Positions 52,625 to 64,000 of a stretch of 64,000 nucleotides of DNA are shown here, one piece after another. This DNA comes from Octopus vulgaris (lineage: Eukaryota): assembly GCA_951406725.2 (NCBI GenBank), contig OX597823.1, positions 21,018,001-21,082,000 on the forward strand, written 5' to 3'. Both the position numbers and the translations under genes were made by a program. The notes under the pieces are model-generated. The model was not told where the DNA came from and did no database searches. It saw only the letters and a list, made by a program, of their open reading frames with translations. Every line of letters begins with the position of its first letter. The stretch's first letter is position 1.

Positions 52625-53405
52625 TTATTCGTTCTATATCTGCCTTAGGGTAGTGCACTCTATGCATTGTCAACAATTTTCGTGTTTTCCTGTCAAGATT
52701 ACATATATCTGTAATTGACCAGTTAATGATATTGAAACTATAAGTCCCGACTGTTATTGCTAATGTATTGATCACTTCGATCTTGTTTCTTGCATTCAGC
52801 TCTGTCTTGAGTGTTGCCCTTACCCTGCGATAACATTCTCCTCTGATTCTTTCCCTCATCACTGAATATCTGATTCCATCACCTTCAAACACCCATGGGT
52901 ATTTGTAGCTTTCCGCTGAGTCTAACCCCTTTATGGCATTCTCTCGGTCGAGATTAAAGTTGGATGTTTCTGTCATTTTTCCTCTGATAAAGGTAGCTTT
53001 TGCACATGTATCGAGACAAAATTGCATCATGATATCATCACTGAATTGTTTAACAATTGATAGTAAGCCCTGTAGTTGCTGGTTATTTTTTGCAAATAGC
53101 TTAAAATCATCCATGTAAAAGAGATGATTTATATTTTCATGAAACATTTTATAGCTATATGGTACATCATCGATCAATTTCGAGAGAAGTGTTAAGGCTC
53201 GACAAAAGAGGAGTGGTGATTGTAGTCACCCTGGAAAATGCCACATGACATTTTTACATCGCCAGCATTGAAAGATCCAGTGTCTCTATTCAAAGTCAGT
53301 GTGATTCTCTATGATCTCATACTTACAGACATGAAGTTTCGCAGAGTAGGTGCTATTTTGTACATTTCCAGACATTTCTTAATCCAGCTATATGGTAGGC
53401 TATCT
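52625..53405 (-). pseudogene. Dong/R4-type reverse transcriptase fragment
   Basis: DSLPYSWI, GIFQGD, SPLLF, HLFYMDDFKLFA, LDRKTRKLLT..HYPKADIER. Confidence 0.85.
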
Positions 53406-54289
53406 TTACCAGTTCTTATGCTAGACGTCGATATGACTCTATTATACGTAGAAATTCTTCCATCAGCTGTTGGCCTTATACCGATATAATAAATCGATAT
53501 TTTCTGTACATTTACTACAACAATACACAGAACATATAGAGAAACTCAAAAATGCGGGATTAAAGCAGCCTCGATGGCTTTCATGTTTTACCCTTGGCCT
53601 TGGTAGTGTACATTTTCAATGGTTCATCTGTATCTTGAAAAAGCTTGCTCACTGGAAACATTTCTCTTCGTCTTATTAATTACCTGTTTGTCAGTAAGCC
53701 AGTGATAAGTAGTTTAACGCTGATCATTTTAGAATATTTTTATTATTATCCACTTTAGGTAAATCTTTATTCCTTTCACCAAATGTTTAGTATGAAAAAA
53801 AAGGAACAGAACTGATTTTCTCCATTGCTGGTACCAGTGTTGTTGGATTATTTTCACAAAGACTTTCATAGGACTGTCATAAACAAAAAAATTTCCATAA
53901 GACTGTCTTAAACAAAATGGTTTTATGGAATGAATTTTGAACTAAATCTAAACGTAATTGCAGATGCTGTTCACTTTGATCTTACTGCTCTATGTTCTCT
54001 TCTAAACATTAAGAAATCTTTTTATAATTTTTTTCCAAATACCATCGCAATGTGTCGCTCTTCAAAATTACCTAAAATGTTTACGCGCTTCTAGCTTTAA
54101 AGAATGGTTCGTTAACGAAATCGATTACTGCTTACATTAGCACAAGACCACACGCGTTTGGTCGATTAATCTACTTCACTCTATGACTCGAATATAGTTA
54201 AATGAATCAAGATGAATGAAAATCAAAGTATATTCCAACAGAATTTCATTCCATAAAGAAGAAGTACAATACTTATAAGTGCTGGCTTC

Positions 54290-54475
54290 AAAGTTTGGCA
54301 GAAGGCCAGCAATTTCGTGGGATTGATCCCAGTATTCAGCTTATTTTATCAAGTCCTGAAAGAATAAAATGTAAAGACGACTCCGGCGGTATTTGAACTC
54401 AGAACTTAAACACCTACGAAATGCCGCTAAGCATTTTGCCAGGCGTGCTAACGATTCTGCCAGCTCACCACCTTC
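54290..54475 (-). mobile_element. Family C SINE, degenerate
   Basis: ATTTGAACTCAGAAC..CGCTAAGCATTT..GCTAACGATTCTGCCAGCTC. Confidence 0.7.
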
Positions 54476-56329
54476 AATGATTTATAAATATTATTTTTAA
54501 TTTAGACTGATGTTTCTGATATTTCTCTCAATAAATCATGTTTTGTTTGTATCGTAATATTTGACCTCAGGTCAACTCTGATCAAACAGACTTATGATCA
54601 AAAGTGTTCGAGCAGAATTAACCATCCCTACCTTTTTTTCTCACATTCAACACCTCTAAGACGTTAGTACCGTAAGTGATGTGAAATGCATTCACCCTCT
54701 TCAGCTTTTCAACTTGCTAGGAATGTATTCCTTAATACAATTAAAGTATGGTGATTTATACGCTCTGTTCATACTTTATAATATTTCTCCATCACCTTAT
54801 CAGATAATATTGCAATGTGTCATTGTAAAAGAAAAAAAGAAATCGAAAAGAAGAAAAACAAAATACCTTACATTTAAATAAATTTAAAATGCTAAAGCTT
54901 TCAGGAAATATTTATTGGAATATATTTAAATATTTTTAACTCTGCTGCCATGCCATCAAAAATAATGTTTATTACTACCTCATTCCATTCTTTCGAAGAA
55001 TTCTCCCCGCAGCTATTAAATTTCTGCGGTTTTATTAGATGTTTACTGCTTAGTCTGTAATTCCATTCTTTGCACAACTTCGTTGGGGGTGATATCCGAA
55101 AGCACTGAGAAATGATCAAATGTAATTCCTAATGATTATATGTTATTTGTGATTTCTGTTAAAGAATTATTGTTATATAATTTCACAAGGAAATAATAAA
55201 CACCACCAATAGCAACAATAGAAAGATTGTGTTCTGACAATAAATAAAAGGTAACAGTACCAACAGCAAAATCAACGCTGATGAGACTGCTTAGGTTATA
55301 ACCAGAAATGGTAGGAAGAGGAACAAAGCTTTAGCCTCATCCCTTGTGGAAATTATATCAAACACGGAGAAAGGTACAGTCTATAGCAACACTGGCTCTG
55401 TTAACTCCCTTCAGTTACCTCGAACAAAGCGAGTCAGAACTAGTTTCTATGGTCACAGAATTCTTCAACTCTCAGAGACTTCAACGTTTCCATCTCTCCA
55501 TTTTTCTACATCTCTCTCATCTCCTCTGTTTCTTCCGCTCTCTTTCTTTCTCTCCCTCACTCTCTGACTATCTATCTATCTATCCTGCGCTAAATTTTTT
55601 CGTCAATATTGTCTTCTCAAACTGAACAAAAATGCAAAAAAATCTATACTTTCCAAGAAAATATACCGTATCCTCATTAAATGTGACCAACACACATCTG
55701 GATTCCGAAAGTTCACTTGTAATACCCAGGCGTCACAGATACATGTACACTCACCTGAAGAGCATAACTATTCAACAAAACAAATATTGCTTCATAAACA
55801 TTGGTTTTCGACTAGAGGATCAGAAAATAATTCAACCACCATCAATCACTACGCCTCTACAAAACCACAAGGCAGTACTGTCCACTATCTGGAGTTAGTG
55901 CTGTTGTTACATCTGTCGCCATCCAAGTCGACCTCCAGAGGTCATCTGATTAATTAACATAATATCACTAGCGCAGTTCCAGATCACACCATACTCTCAC
56001 CTATAGATGTGCTGTCTTATCTATTTTTCTTTCGCTTTTTCTGTTTCTTTTTCCTGCTCGCTCGCCATGTGTTTTCTTATTCTTTCTCTTTCTGTATTTC
56101 TTACTGAGGTGGCCTCATTAATCTCTCGAATAATGTACCTACTCACCAAGTTGTTAGTGTGTGGTGATGGTGGGGGGCAGCACTCTGTTTGCAAGAGTTC
56201 AAGAGAGAATTATTAATACATAAATAGCATTTAGATTCATAATTAGTTTTGGTCTCCACGAAGAGAGATCAAAAGAAATATTAAAAGACATTCCAAGCCA
56301 GGGAATGCGCACAAGCAAAAAGGAACGCA

Positions 56330-56349
56330 AACACACACACACACACACG

Positions 56350-56423
<74 letters not shown>

Positions 56424-56595
56424 CATATATACGACGGGCTTCTTTCAGTTTCCATCTACCAAATCCACTCACAAGGATTTGGTCGGCCCGAGGCTATAGC
56501 ACAAGACACTTGCCCACGGTGCCACGCAGTAGGATTGAACCAGGAACCCTGTGGCTGGTAAACAAGCTACATGCCACACAGCCACTCCTCCTTCG

Positions 56596-56597
<2 letters not shown>
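56330..56597 (-). mobile_element. SINE family B, 5' half
   Basis: Head and CORE-like part up to the internal microsatellite. Confidence 0.8.
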
Positions 56598-56648
<51 letters not shown>

Positions 56649-57964
56649 GTATATACACGTGTACAAACGCTGGTCCTCTTCACAGTTTCCGTCAGTCAAT
56701 TAAACTAAACTGATGAAACGATGAAACACTGGTCAATCTTATGTCATTATACATCACTCACCGAAGATGTAATGCCGTGGGCCCGAAACTTAAACCAAAA
56801 GCTTCACGTGAAATTCGAATCGCAAAAGAAAATCACAACTTCAGTTTCAGTATTACATACGCACTCACATACACACACACGCACACATACACACAAACAC
56901 ACCTACACACATGCACATGTCTATTTATACTAATATATGTATATACATGCATATAAATGCATAGAAACAGACTGAGAGAAAAAGTAGGGAGAGAAAACAA
57001 CATTGATAAGTAAACAGAAAATTAGGGGCCAAGAAACCTGAATATTTTGCTATATACAAATGCACAGATACAAAGATACTAAATATGTGAAACCCGTTAA
57101 AACATAGATACACGTATACAGACATATACAGAGACATACACACACCTATACACAGACACACGCACCTACACATACACTACCCTATACTTGTACAAGAAAA
57201 CACACATATAAACACAAGAAGCAAATACGCATATGCATTCAATGGATGAAAATATCCATGCAAGGAAAAGTTTAAGGAGTGTGTGTCTTTTGATAGAATA
57301 TATTTTTTAAAATAACGAACGAAATGAGCTCGAATAATCCTATTTAGAAAAAAGCATTCTCAAGAAATCTACATAAGAATTCTTTAACAGATTTAAAAAG
57401 TATTAAAATCTAATTAATACCATTGAAAATATTACAGAAGCGTGTATATCTCCAGACTTTTATATATATACATACATTCAAACATACATACATACATATA
57501 TACATACATACATAATACATACATACATAAAAGCATACAGAGAAACATACATATAAGTGTATATATGTGCTTGTGTGTGTGTATATATATATGCGTACAT
57601 TTGTGTGTGTATATGTGCGTGTGCGTGTGTGTGTGTGTGTGTGTATAATCATATGCATTTGAATATCTGCGTGTTTTTTCTGGTCTTATATATTCATATT
57701 CATAGATACTTTTTTAAAATTTACGTCACTAATAATCCGGTGAAATTTAAAACGAACAATTTGATATTTTATGTTTGATCTCTACACAAATATGCATTAG
57801 GAAAAAGATAATAAAATTCATATTCATCTAGCTACTTCATTTTAATGTTAATATGTATACGTAAGCACGGATTCGGGTTAATATGGTTGTATGATTTTCT
57901 AGGAGTCCTCCACTACAGTTTTGTGCTAACCCATGGCTGCAATATGTTTATTAGCGTCACTAGA

Positions 57965-58150
57965 GGGCGACGAGCTGACAGAATCGTTAGCACGCCGGTC
58001 GAAATGCTTAGCAGCATTTCGGCTGCCGTTGCATTCTGAGTTCAAGTTCCGCCGAGGTCGCATTGGGTAAGTAGAATCGACTTAATCCCTTTCTCTGCTC
58101 TTGTTTTGTCCCCTTTATGTTTAGCACCCCCGTGGGCAATAAAGAAATAA
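57965..58150 (+). mobile_element. Family C SINE with internal deletion
   Basis: Head and GGGCAATAAAGAAATA tail. Confidence 0.75.
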
Positions 58151-58198
58151 ATATTCATCCCTATTTAAACATGGATGTTCTATCGGAACAAATTTATA

Positions 58199-59011
58199 CG
58201 AGGTCTGATCTATAAGTTTCTGGACAGTTTCCATAGTGTCGAAGCTAAAGCAGTCAGAGAGAAGACGCTTGGCAAAGATTGACCATGATATCTGCTATGC
58301 AGGCACACCAAGTTTAACGTTCTAGCTCACTTCCGCTGTTTACAGCAATTCATGGAATGAATGTGTGTGGCGTGTGATCATCGCATTCACCATGACAGAA
58401 AAAAGTTGTCATGGCGATACCTGCTCAGATGCCTGCTCAAACATGCAGAAAGTATATGGAGAGGAGTGTATGAGCCGCATACAAGTTTATGAGTGATTCG
58501 GACGAAAAATGTCGATATTAACAAACGTTCGGGGAGACACGCAACCAGCAGGACTTAGAAACCCATCGCAGATGTTCGTGCAGCTGTGAGGTGAAATCGT
58601 CGAATTATCATCTGTGAGTTATCACGGGATGTACAGATTATTTCATTATTACTGAAGACTTGGGTATGAGATGTGACTCTACCAAGTCTGCATTCAGCTG
58701 ACCAAAAAGACACTCGAGTTTCGTTGCACAATATTTCCTTGATTGTGTCGAGAACGATGAAAACTTTATGAAAATTTTGCGTAGGCTTCTGAGCAGGTTT
58801 TCCTCAACGTTCTCTGTCATGGTCAATGCGACGATCACATGATACACACCTTCTTCCCAGGCACTGCTGTAGACAGCGGAAGTGAGCCAGAATTTTAAAA
58901 CTTAGTGCTCACGCACAGGTGGGTTCAAGGCTGATCTTTGCCAAGCAGCTTTACTCTGCATACTTTAGCTTCGTTTCTATGGCAACAGTCCAGATACTTG
59001 ATCAGACCACG
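58199..59011 (+). mobile_element. Non-autonomous mariner derivative with ~200-bp inverted ends
   Basis: TA|CGAGGTCTGATC ... GATCAGACCACG ends. 58199-58405 is inverted to 58805-59011. Internal HTH relic (MQKVYGEECMSRIQVYE*F). Confidence 0.8.
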
Positions 59012-59012
59012 C

Positions 59013-59065
<53 letters not shown>

Positions 59066-59077
59066 TGTATGTATATA

Positions 59078-59136
<59 letters not shown>

Positions 59137-59995
59137 ATGTGTGTGTGTGTGTGTGTATGCATGTATATATATTTAAATGGTAATAAGTAATACATCCCTC
59201 CATACACACACACACGCACACATATGGGAAGGAGTGTAGCACTTACGGTTGCTAGATGGTGGGTTCAATTCCCGCGCTGGGCGGCGCGTTTTGTTCGTGA
59301 GCGGAACGTTTCATTTCAAGTATGAGATGGTAGAGTCGTTGCCGCGTCGGCAGAAATGCTTTGAGGTCAGTCTTCGAGCTCTCTATATACTAAGTTCAAA
59401 TCTCACATTCCTCGAGAGGTTACCGTGAAAGTCTGGTCAAGATAGCCGAACATCCAGTAATCTACTTGACGGTGGCAGGAGGGGATACGGGCCCTTCTAG
59501 GTCGTATAGATAGCGGTGGACCTACTCAAGGAAGGACCATCACGAGATTATACACAAACACACACACACACACACATACACACATATTTAGAGATAGAGA
59601 AATTGATAGACAGACAGAAATATGTGTTTTTTTGTTTGTACATTGCGTACATACATTAAATGTATGTATTTATAGTATCGTATTCTCTTGATTCTCTCTC
59701 TCCCACTGGTACGCAACCGTCTTTTATCCATAGCTTGCCACAAAGCCTAGCATATGTTCTCATCCTGTACCCCTTCTACTAGATATCTGCGCATCTCTCT
59801 TTTACTTTCTCCCCCTTTCTCTATACGAGGTAAAGTGTGAATCTAGAAATCCACTAACAACCTATAAAACATTTATAACGGTTGTTATTGAATAGAGATA
59901 CATAAATACACACATACCTGTGAGTGTGTTTGTGTGTGTGTGCGCACACACACATGAGCAAACACACATACACACACATATATATACTGTGTAAA

Positions 59996-60506
59996 CAGGA
60001 ATCCCTCGCTATATCGCGGTTCACCTATAGCGGTTCATCTTCCGCGGTTTATTATTGACAATTCCAGTTGGTATTGAACTAACTGGTTCGCGACCCAGTA
60101 CATGTGAATGTGTCTGTTGGTATACTAATTTTTGTTTTTGCTTTTCTTGTTGTTTTTGTTGTTGTTTTTGTTGTTGTGCTTTATTTTGTTGTTTTTGTTT
60201 TTTGCTTTTGTGGTTGTTGGTAGTGGTGGTGGTCGTGGCGTCGTCGTTGTTGTTGGTGTTTAGTTCGATTTTGTATGTCACTTGGATGCCTCTTGATACG
60301 AAATCATTCGTTGAAACATGTTATTGTATTTCGGGAATGTCGTTGCACCACCTTACATAGTGTGGTCTTGCATTTATAGTAAAATAAATATTTACAAATT
60401 ATATAAATAATAGAAAAAAACTATACAGTACTGTTTCTACTTCGCAAATTTTCATCTATTGCGGTGGGTTTAGAACGTAACACCCGCGATAGTCGAGGGA
60501 TTACTG
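59996..60506. mobile_element. Tigger/pogo-type MITE
   Basis: CAGGAATCCCTCGCTATATCGCGG ... CCGCGATAGTCGAGGGATTACTG|TA terminal inverted repeats. Confidence 0.7.
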
Positions 60507-60774
60507 TACATAAATACACACATACATGTGTGTGTGTGTGTGTGTGTTTGTGTGTGTATATATATAAGTATATGTACACAGGAGCAGACTCACACACACC
60601 CATACACACACACGTATTTAATACTTTTTCGCTGTATTGTGTCTTCTTTTTTTTTCCATCTGTTATTTTTTTAAATCTTAAATGAAGTTATATCCTTTAA
60701 TTTTTTGCTTTTCTTTGCATGAACCGAGAAGATACCTTGCGGAACATCCGTTATTTTAATGAATTATATACATA

Positions 60775-61090
60775 TATAGTTCAAATTTACAGAAAACAAA
60801 ATACGAAAGCAGGTGCAGAATCAATAAGCTGGTGTATTAGTTTAACGCCCGAGAGGAATAGAAGAGTCTTTGACATTTCGAATATACGCTTTTCGACAGA
60901 AAGGATTAAGAGGAAAAAGAACCGAGAGAAAATGGAAAATAGAATTTAAAAACAGAGGGAGAGAAAAATATGTGTAGGGAATAACGGTTCAGCATCATGA
61001 ACTGACCGAAAGAAAGAGGATGAGGGAAGGGAGACAACAACGGTGAAACGGCCGTACGAGGTTGCACAAACGCGTATGTACGCGAGAATG
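60775..61090 (-). mobile_element. Degenerate Penelope-type HHR element
   Basis: Minus strand 60868-60903 reads CTTT CTGTCGA A AAGCG TA TATTC GAAA TG TC AAAG. Confidence 0.5.
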
Positions 61091-61134
61091 GTATGTGTGT
61101 GTGTGTGAATGTTTATATATATATATATATATAA

Positions 61135-61307
61135 AGTTAATCCAAACATGAAAACACAACAACGCGAGGACGTGGAACAAATATAGTATTATTGGACGTT
61201 CAGGAAGGAAGGGAAGAAGGAGGTCTTCGTCAGAAGCATAGGAAAAGGAAAGATCCAGAGAAGAGAAGACGGAGGGAAAAAATCGCCAACGGTACACACG
61301 CGGTCAC

Positions 61308-61308
<1 letters not shown>
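61135..61308 (-). mobile_element. Second copy of the 45.5-kb element with most of the HHR deleted
   Basis: Colinear with 45503-45705; retains CTGACGA only. Confidence 0.7.
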
Positions 61309-61338
<30 letters not shown>

Positions 61339-61380
61339 TGTATGTATGTATGTATGTATGTATGTATGTATGTATGTGTG

Positions 61381-61422
<42 letters not shown>

Positions 61423-61424
<2 letters not shown>

Positions 61425-61585
61425 GGAGTAAACACATAAATGTGAAACAAGGTGGAAAAAAAGAGTACTCAAATACCAGTGGTAGTAATATGCTTTATTT
61501 AAAGCTAGCTATAAACTGTCCGACGAACGGGAACGTGAAACTCAGAGTAACAGGTTTTGTTGAATTTTCTGCTGCTTTAAATAAA

Positions 61586-61588
<3 letters not shown>
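61423..61588. mobile_element. Miniature inverted-tail element in (TA)n containing an HHR
   Basis: CTTTATTTAAAGC (61493-61505) is inverted to GCTTTAAATAAAG (61575-61587). (TA)n on both sides. Confidence 0.7.
61516..61553 (+). ncRNA. Minimal hammerhead motif with CCGACGA core variant
   Basis: CTGT CCGACGA ACG GGAA CGT GAAA CTCAGAG TA ACAG. Stems I and II are perfect; quasi-palindromic stem III ACTC-A-GAGT. Confidence 0.75.
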
Positions 61589-61631
<43 letters not shown>

Positions 61632-62463
61632 TATGTATGTATGTATGTGTGTATATATATATATACGCATATATATATCGATATATCGTGTTATACATCC
61701 ATCATTGAACGTAATATTACTTTCTGTTAGTATAGAATTTAATTTGTATTTGTTATTTAAGAGGTAAACCGGACAAGTTATCTGATTCAAAGCCTTATTA
61801 AAACGCCTTTTTAGCCGTCTTTTCTGATTGATAAGAAAATTGATAATGGTTTAATGGTTTGAATTAATCTTGTTTTACTTTCACGCCATTTGCTTCCACC
61901 ATGCAACGAACTTGTCTTTAAAAAATTTGTGAATATAAGACGATGAATATTAATTATAAAAATAACGAACCTTGTCTGCAAAAGAGAGGTCACAGTATTA
62001 TTATCATATCATAAGTGCTTCCATCGTCTAGTATTGACCAGCGGGTATTGCTTGTTTCTCCTTTATTTACAAATATATTTAGGAAGATTGCCTGATGACA
62101 GAATATGGTATCGCGCTGGTAAATTTGACAGTTGAATGATTGCTCTGCGTTTTCACCTTACTTGGATGATATGTTGTTAATAGGAACGTCAGTACAGGTA
62201 TTATATTGGTGTATTGATTGCAATAATATCACTAAACGATCATAACTCAGGAGAGCGTTATGCACATGAAATATAAACACATATATAAACTATAAATATA
62301 TGTCAGATAATGTGATGAAAAACTTCGGTTAACTGAAATTATTCATGGAATTAGCAGGCAAATTCCAAGAGAGTTTGAAATCTAAAAACAACAAGGATGA
62401 TACATCCAGTATCATACGCAACTCATATGTAAGGAATTCAACCGTATTTCTTCTGTATGTACC

Positions 62464-62687
62464 TATTTCTTTATTACCCACAAGGGGCTAAACACAGAGA
62501 GACAAACAAGGACAGACATAGGTATTAAGTCGATTACATCGACTCCAGTGCGTAACTGGTACTTAATTTATCGACCCCGAAAGGATGAAAGGCAAAGTCA
62601 ACCTCGACGGAATTTGAACTCACAACGTAACAGCAGATGAAATACCGCTAGGCATTTGGATCGGCGTGTTAACGTTTCTGCCAGGTC
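62464..62687 (-). mobile_element. Family C SINE with 23-bp target-site duplication
   Basis: ACCGTATTTCTTCTGTATGTACC at 62441-62463 and 62688-62710. Confidence 0.85.
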
Positions 62688-63518
62688 ACCGTATTTCTTC
62701 TGTATGTACCGTTTGCCGCTTTTCAGTGTGGTGTTGGTATCATTGGTGGCTAGGTTATTTATTCCTGGAAGCCGATCGCCGATAAGCAGAGAAATTTCCA
62801 GTACATCACTTATATAATATAAAGAGCCATAAATTATCTCGCATGTAAATCACTGTATTACTTGCACAATTATACTTCGACCTTTTCATCATTTCTCCTT
62901 TTAATTCGTTTGATATGTAATCGATAGTAAAGAATAATTTGTGAGAAGTCAAGTGACGTTCTTTTATCGTAAACGTCGAAGAAAGATGACCGGGGCGTAT
63001 AAATTTTTGAACGCACTTCTAGATTAATGACGATGTTGGTGTTAAAGTTTAACAGCATATTATTTTTGTTGGAGCAGACAATGGCCAGCATTGCCACTCT
63101 AATAGTGCTTTCCAAAATATTACTACAAACCGTGAGTGTGCCATCTTTTGAAAAAATAACAATGTAATATTAGATATTTGTGGCTGCTATTCTTTGCATA
63201 TTGAGCCACAACGGAGGGAATTCTTCACTGGAAAATTACTGATAAGTTGGACATTGTAGCTAAGCCCCAGGAAAGCACTAACTGGGCAGATCTATTATCA
63301 AAAGAATTCCAAACTTGACCACCCTATTGTTTAGAAGTTTTCAATAGTATTGAATAAATAATGTTTTTTTTTTCAATTCTATGAACTATAAGTCGGAAGG
63401 GGACGGGATAAATTACCTGCATCAACTTGCTATAATATTAATTTTACATTGTCCTTATTCTTAGTGCAAATTCTGAAGAGAGCAGTCCGATTTTAACAGT
63501 TATTTTTTCGAAGCTATA

Positions 63519-64000
63519 ATGGAAGTGACAAACAAGTATATTCGACATATTTTGCTCTGTGAGTTCAATAAAAACAACAATACAACGGAAAGTGCAAGGA
63601 ATATTAATGCAGGATGTGGTGATCGGACAATAAGCGTAAGCCTGTGTCAACGATGGTACCAGAAATTCCGAGCCAGAAACTACATCCTAGAAGACGATCC
63701 TTGTCCTGGGAGATCTGTAAAGCTCTATGAGGACATCCTGTAAAACCTAGTGGAACAAAATCCCATCGTAAATGTTGAAGAGCAAACAGAGAAGCTTGGA
63801 TTTCATATTTCAACTATTCATAGACACTTGTGTGCCATCGGAAAAGTCAGCAAATTGGGTCAATGGGTTCCTCGCAAACTTTCCGAGTCTAATATTGCAC
63901 ATAGATTGAATCTGTGCTCTTCTTTGCTGTCACATCTAACGAATGAATCTTTTTTTGACAGAATAGTGACTGGTGGCGAAAAATGCATTCTTTAGAGAAA
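63519..64000 (+). pseudogene. Mariner transposase pseudogene (runs off the window)
   Basis: HTH region IRHILLCEF..CQRWYQKFR..LEDDPCPGR, WVPRKL motif and DRIVTGGEK, with in-frame stops. Confidence 0.88.

Noticed and set aside
56706-56740. CTGATGA..GAAACACTGGTC hammerhead-like string
   Set aside because: No stem I and essentially no stem II pairing.
62860-63060. DVYDKRTSLDF resembling a PLE RT thumb motif
   Set aside because: A single short motif with no supporting neighbours visible by eye.

Overview
AT-rich, microsatellite-dense eukaryotic DNA. It is most likely an octopus or other coleoid cephalopod, inferred from the tRNA-headed CORE-like and Meta-domain SINE families. No host protein-coding gene can be supported; most six-frame ORFs are translations of (TA)n, (CA)n or trinucleotide repeats. 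The window is a mosaic of mobile elements: three SINE families, a near-complete CR1-group LINE ORF2 (27.3-30.3 kb, minus), several Dong/R4-type LINE fragments, a Chapaev3-like transposase relic, and mariner/Tigger derivatives. The main feature is a young Penelope-like element (Naiad-type RT-GIY-YIG, 19.5-26.2 kb). It has ~2.28-kb near-identical inverted arms, sits in the internal (TA)n of one SINE copy, and carries a hammerhead ribozyme (HHR) with an 85-nt extended stem II in each arm. The same head-to-head twin-tail architecture with minimal HHR motifs recurs in many small non-coding elements. One of these is a tRNA-headed, HHR-bearing element found as inverted pairs at two independent loci, a candidate Penelope-mobilised ribozyme SINE. 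All structures were read by eye; no folding or database searches were run.
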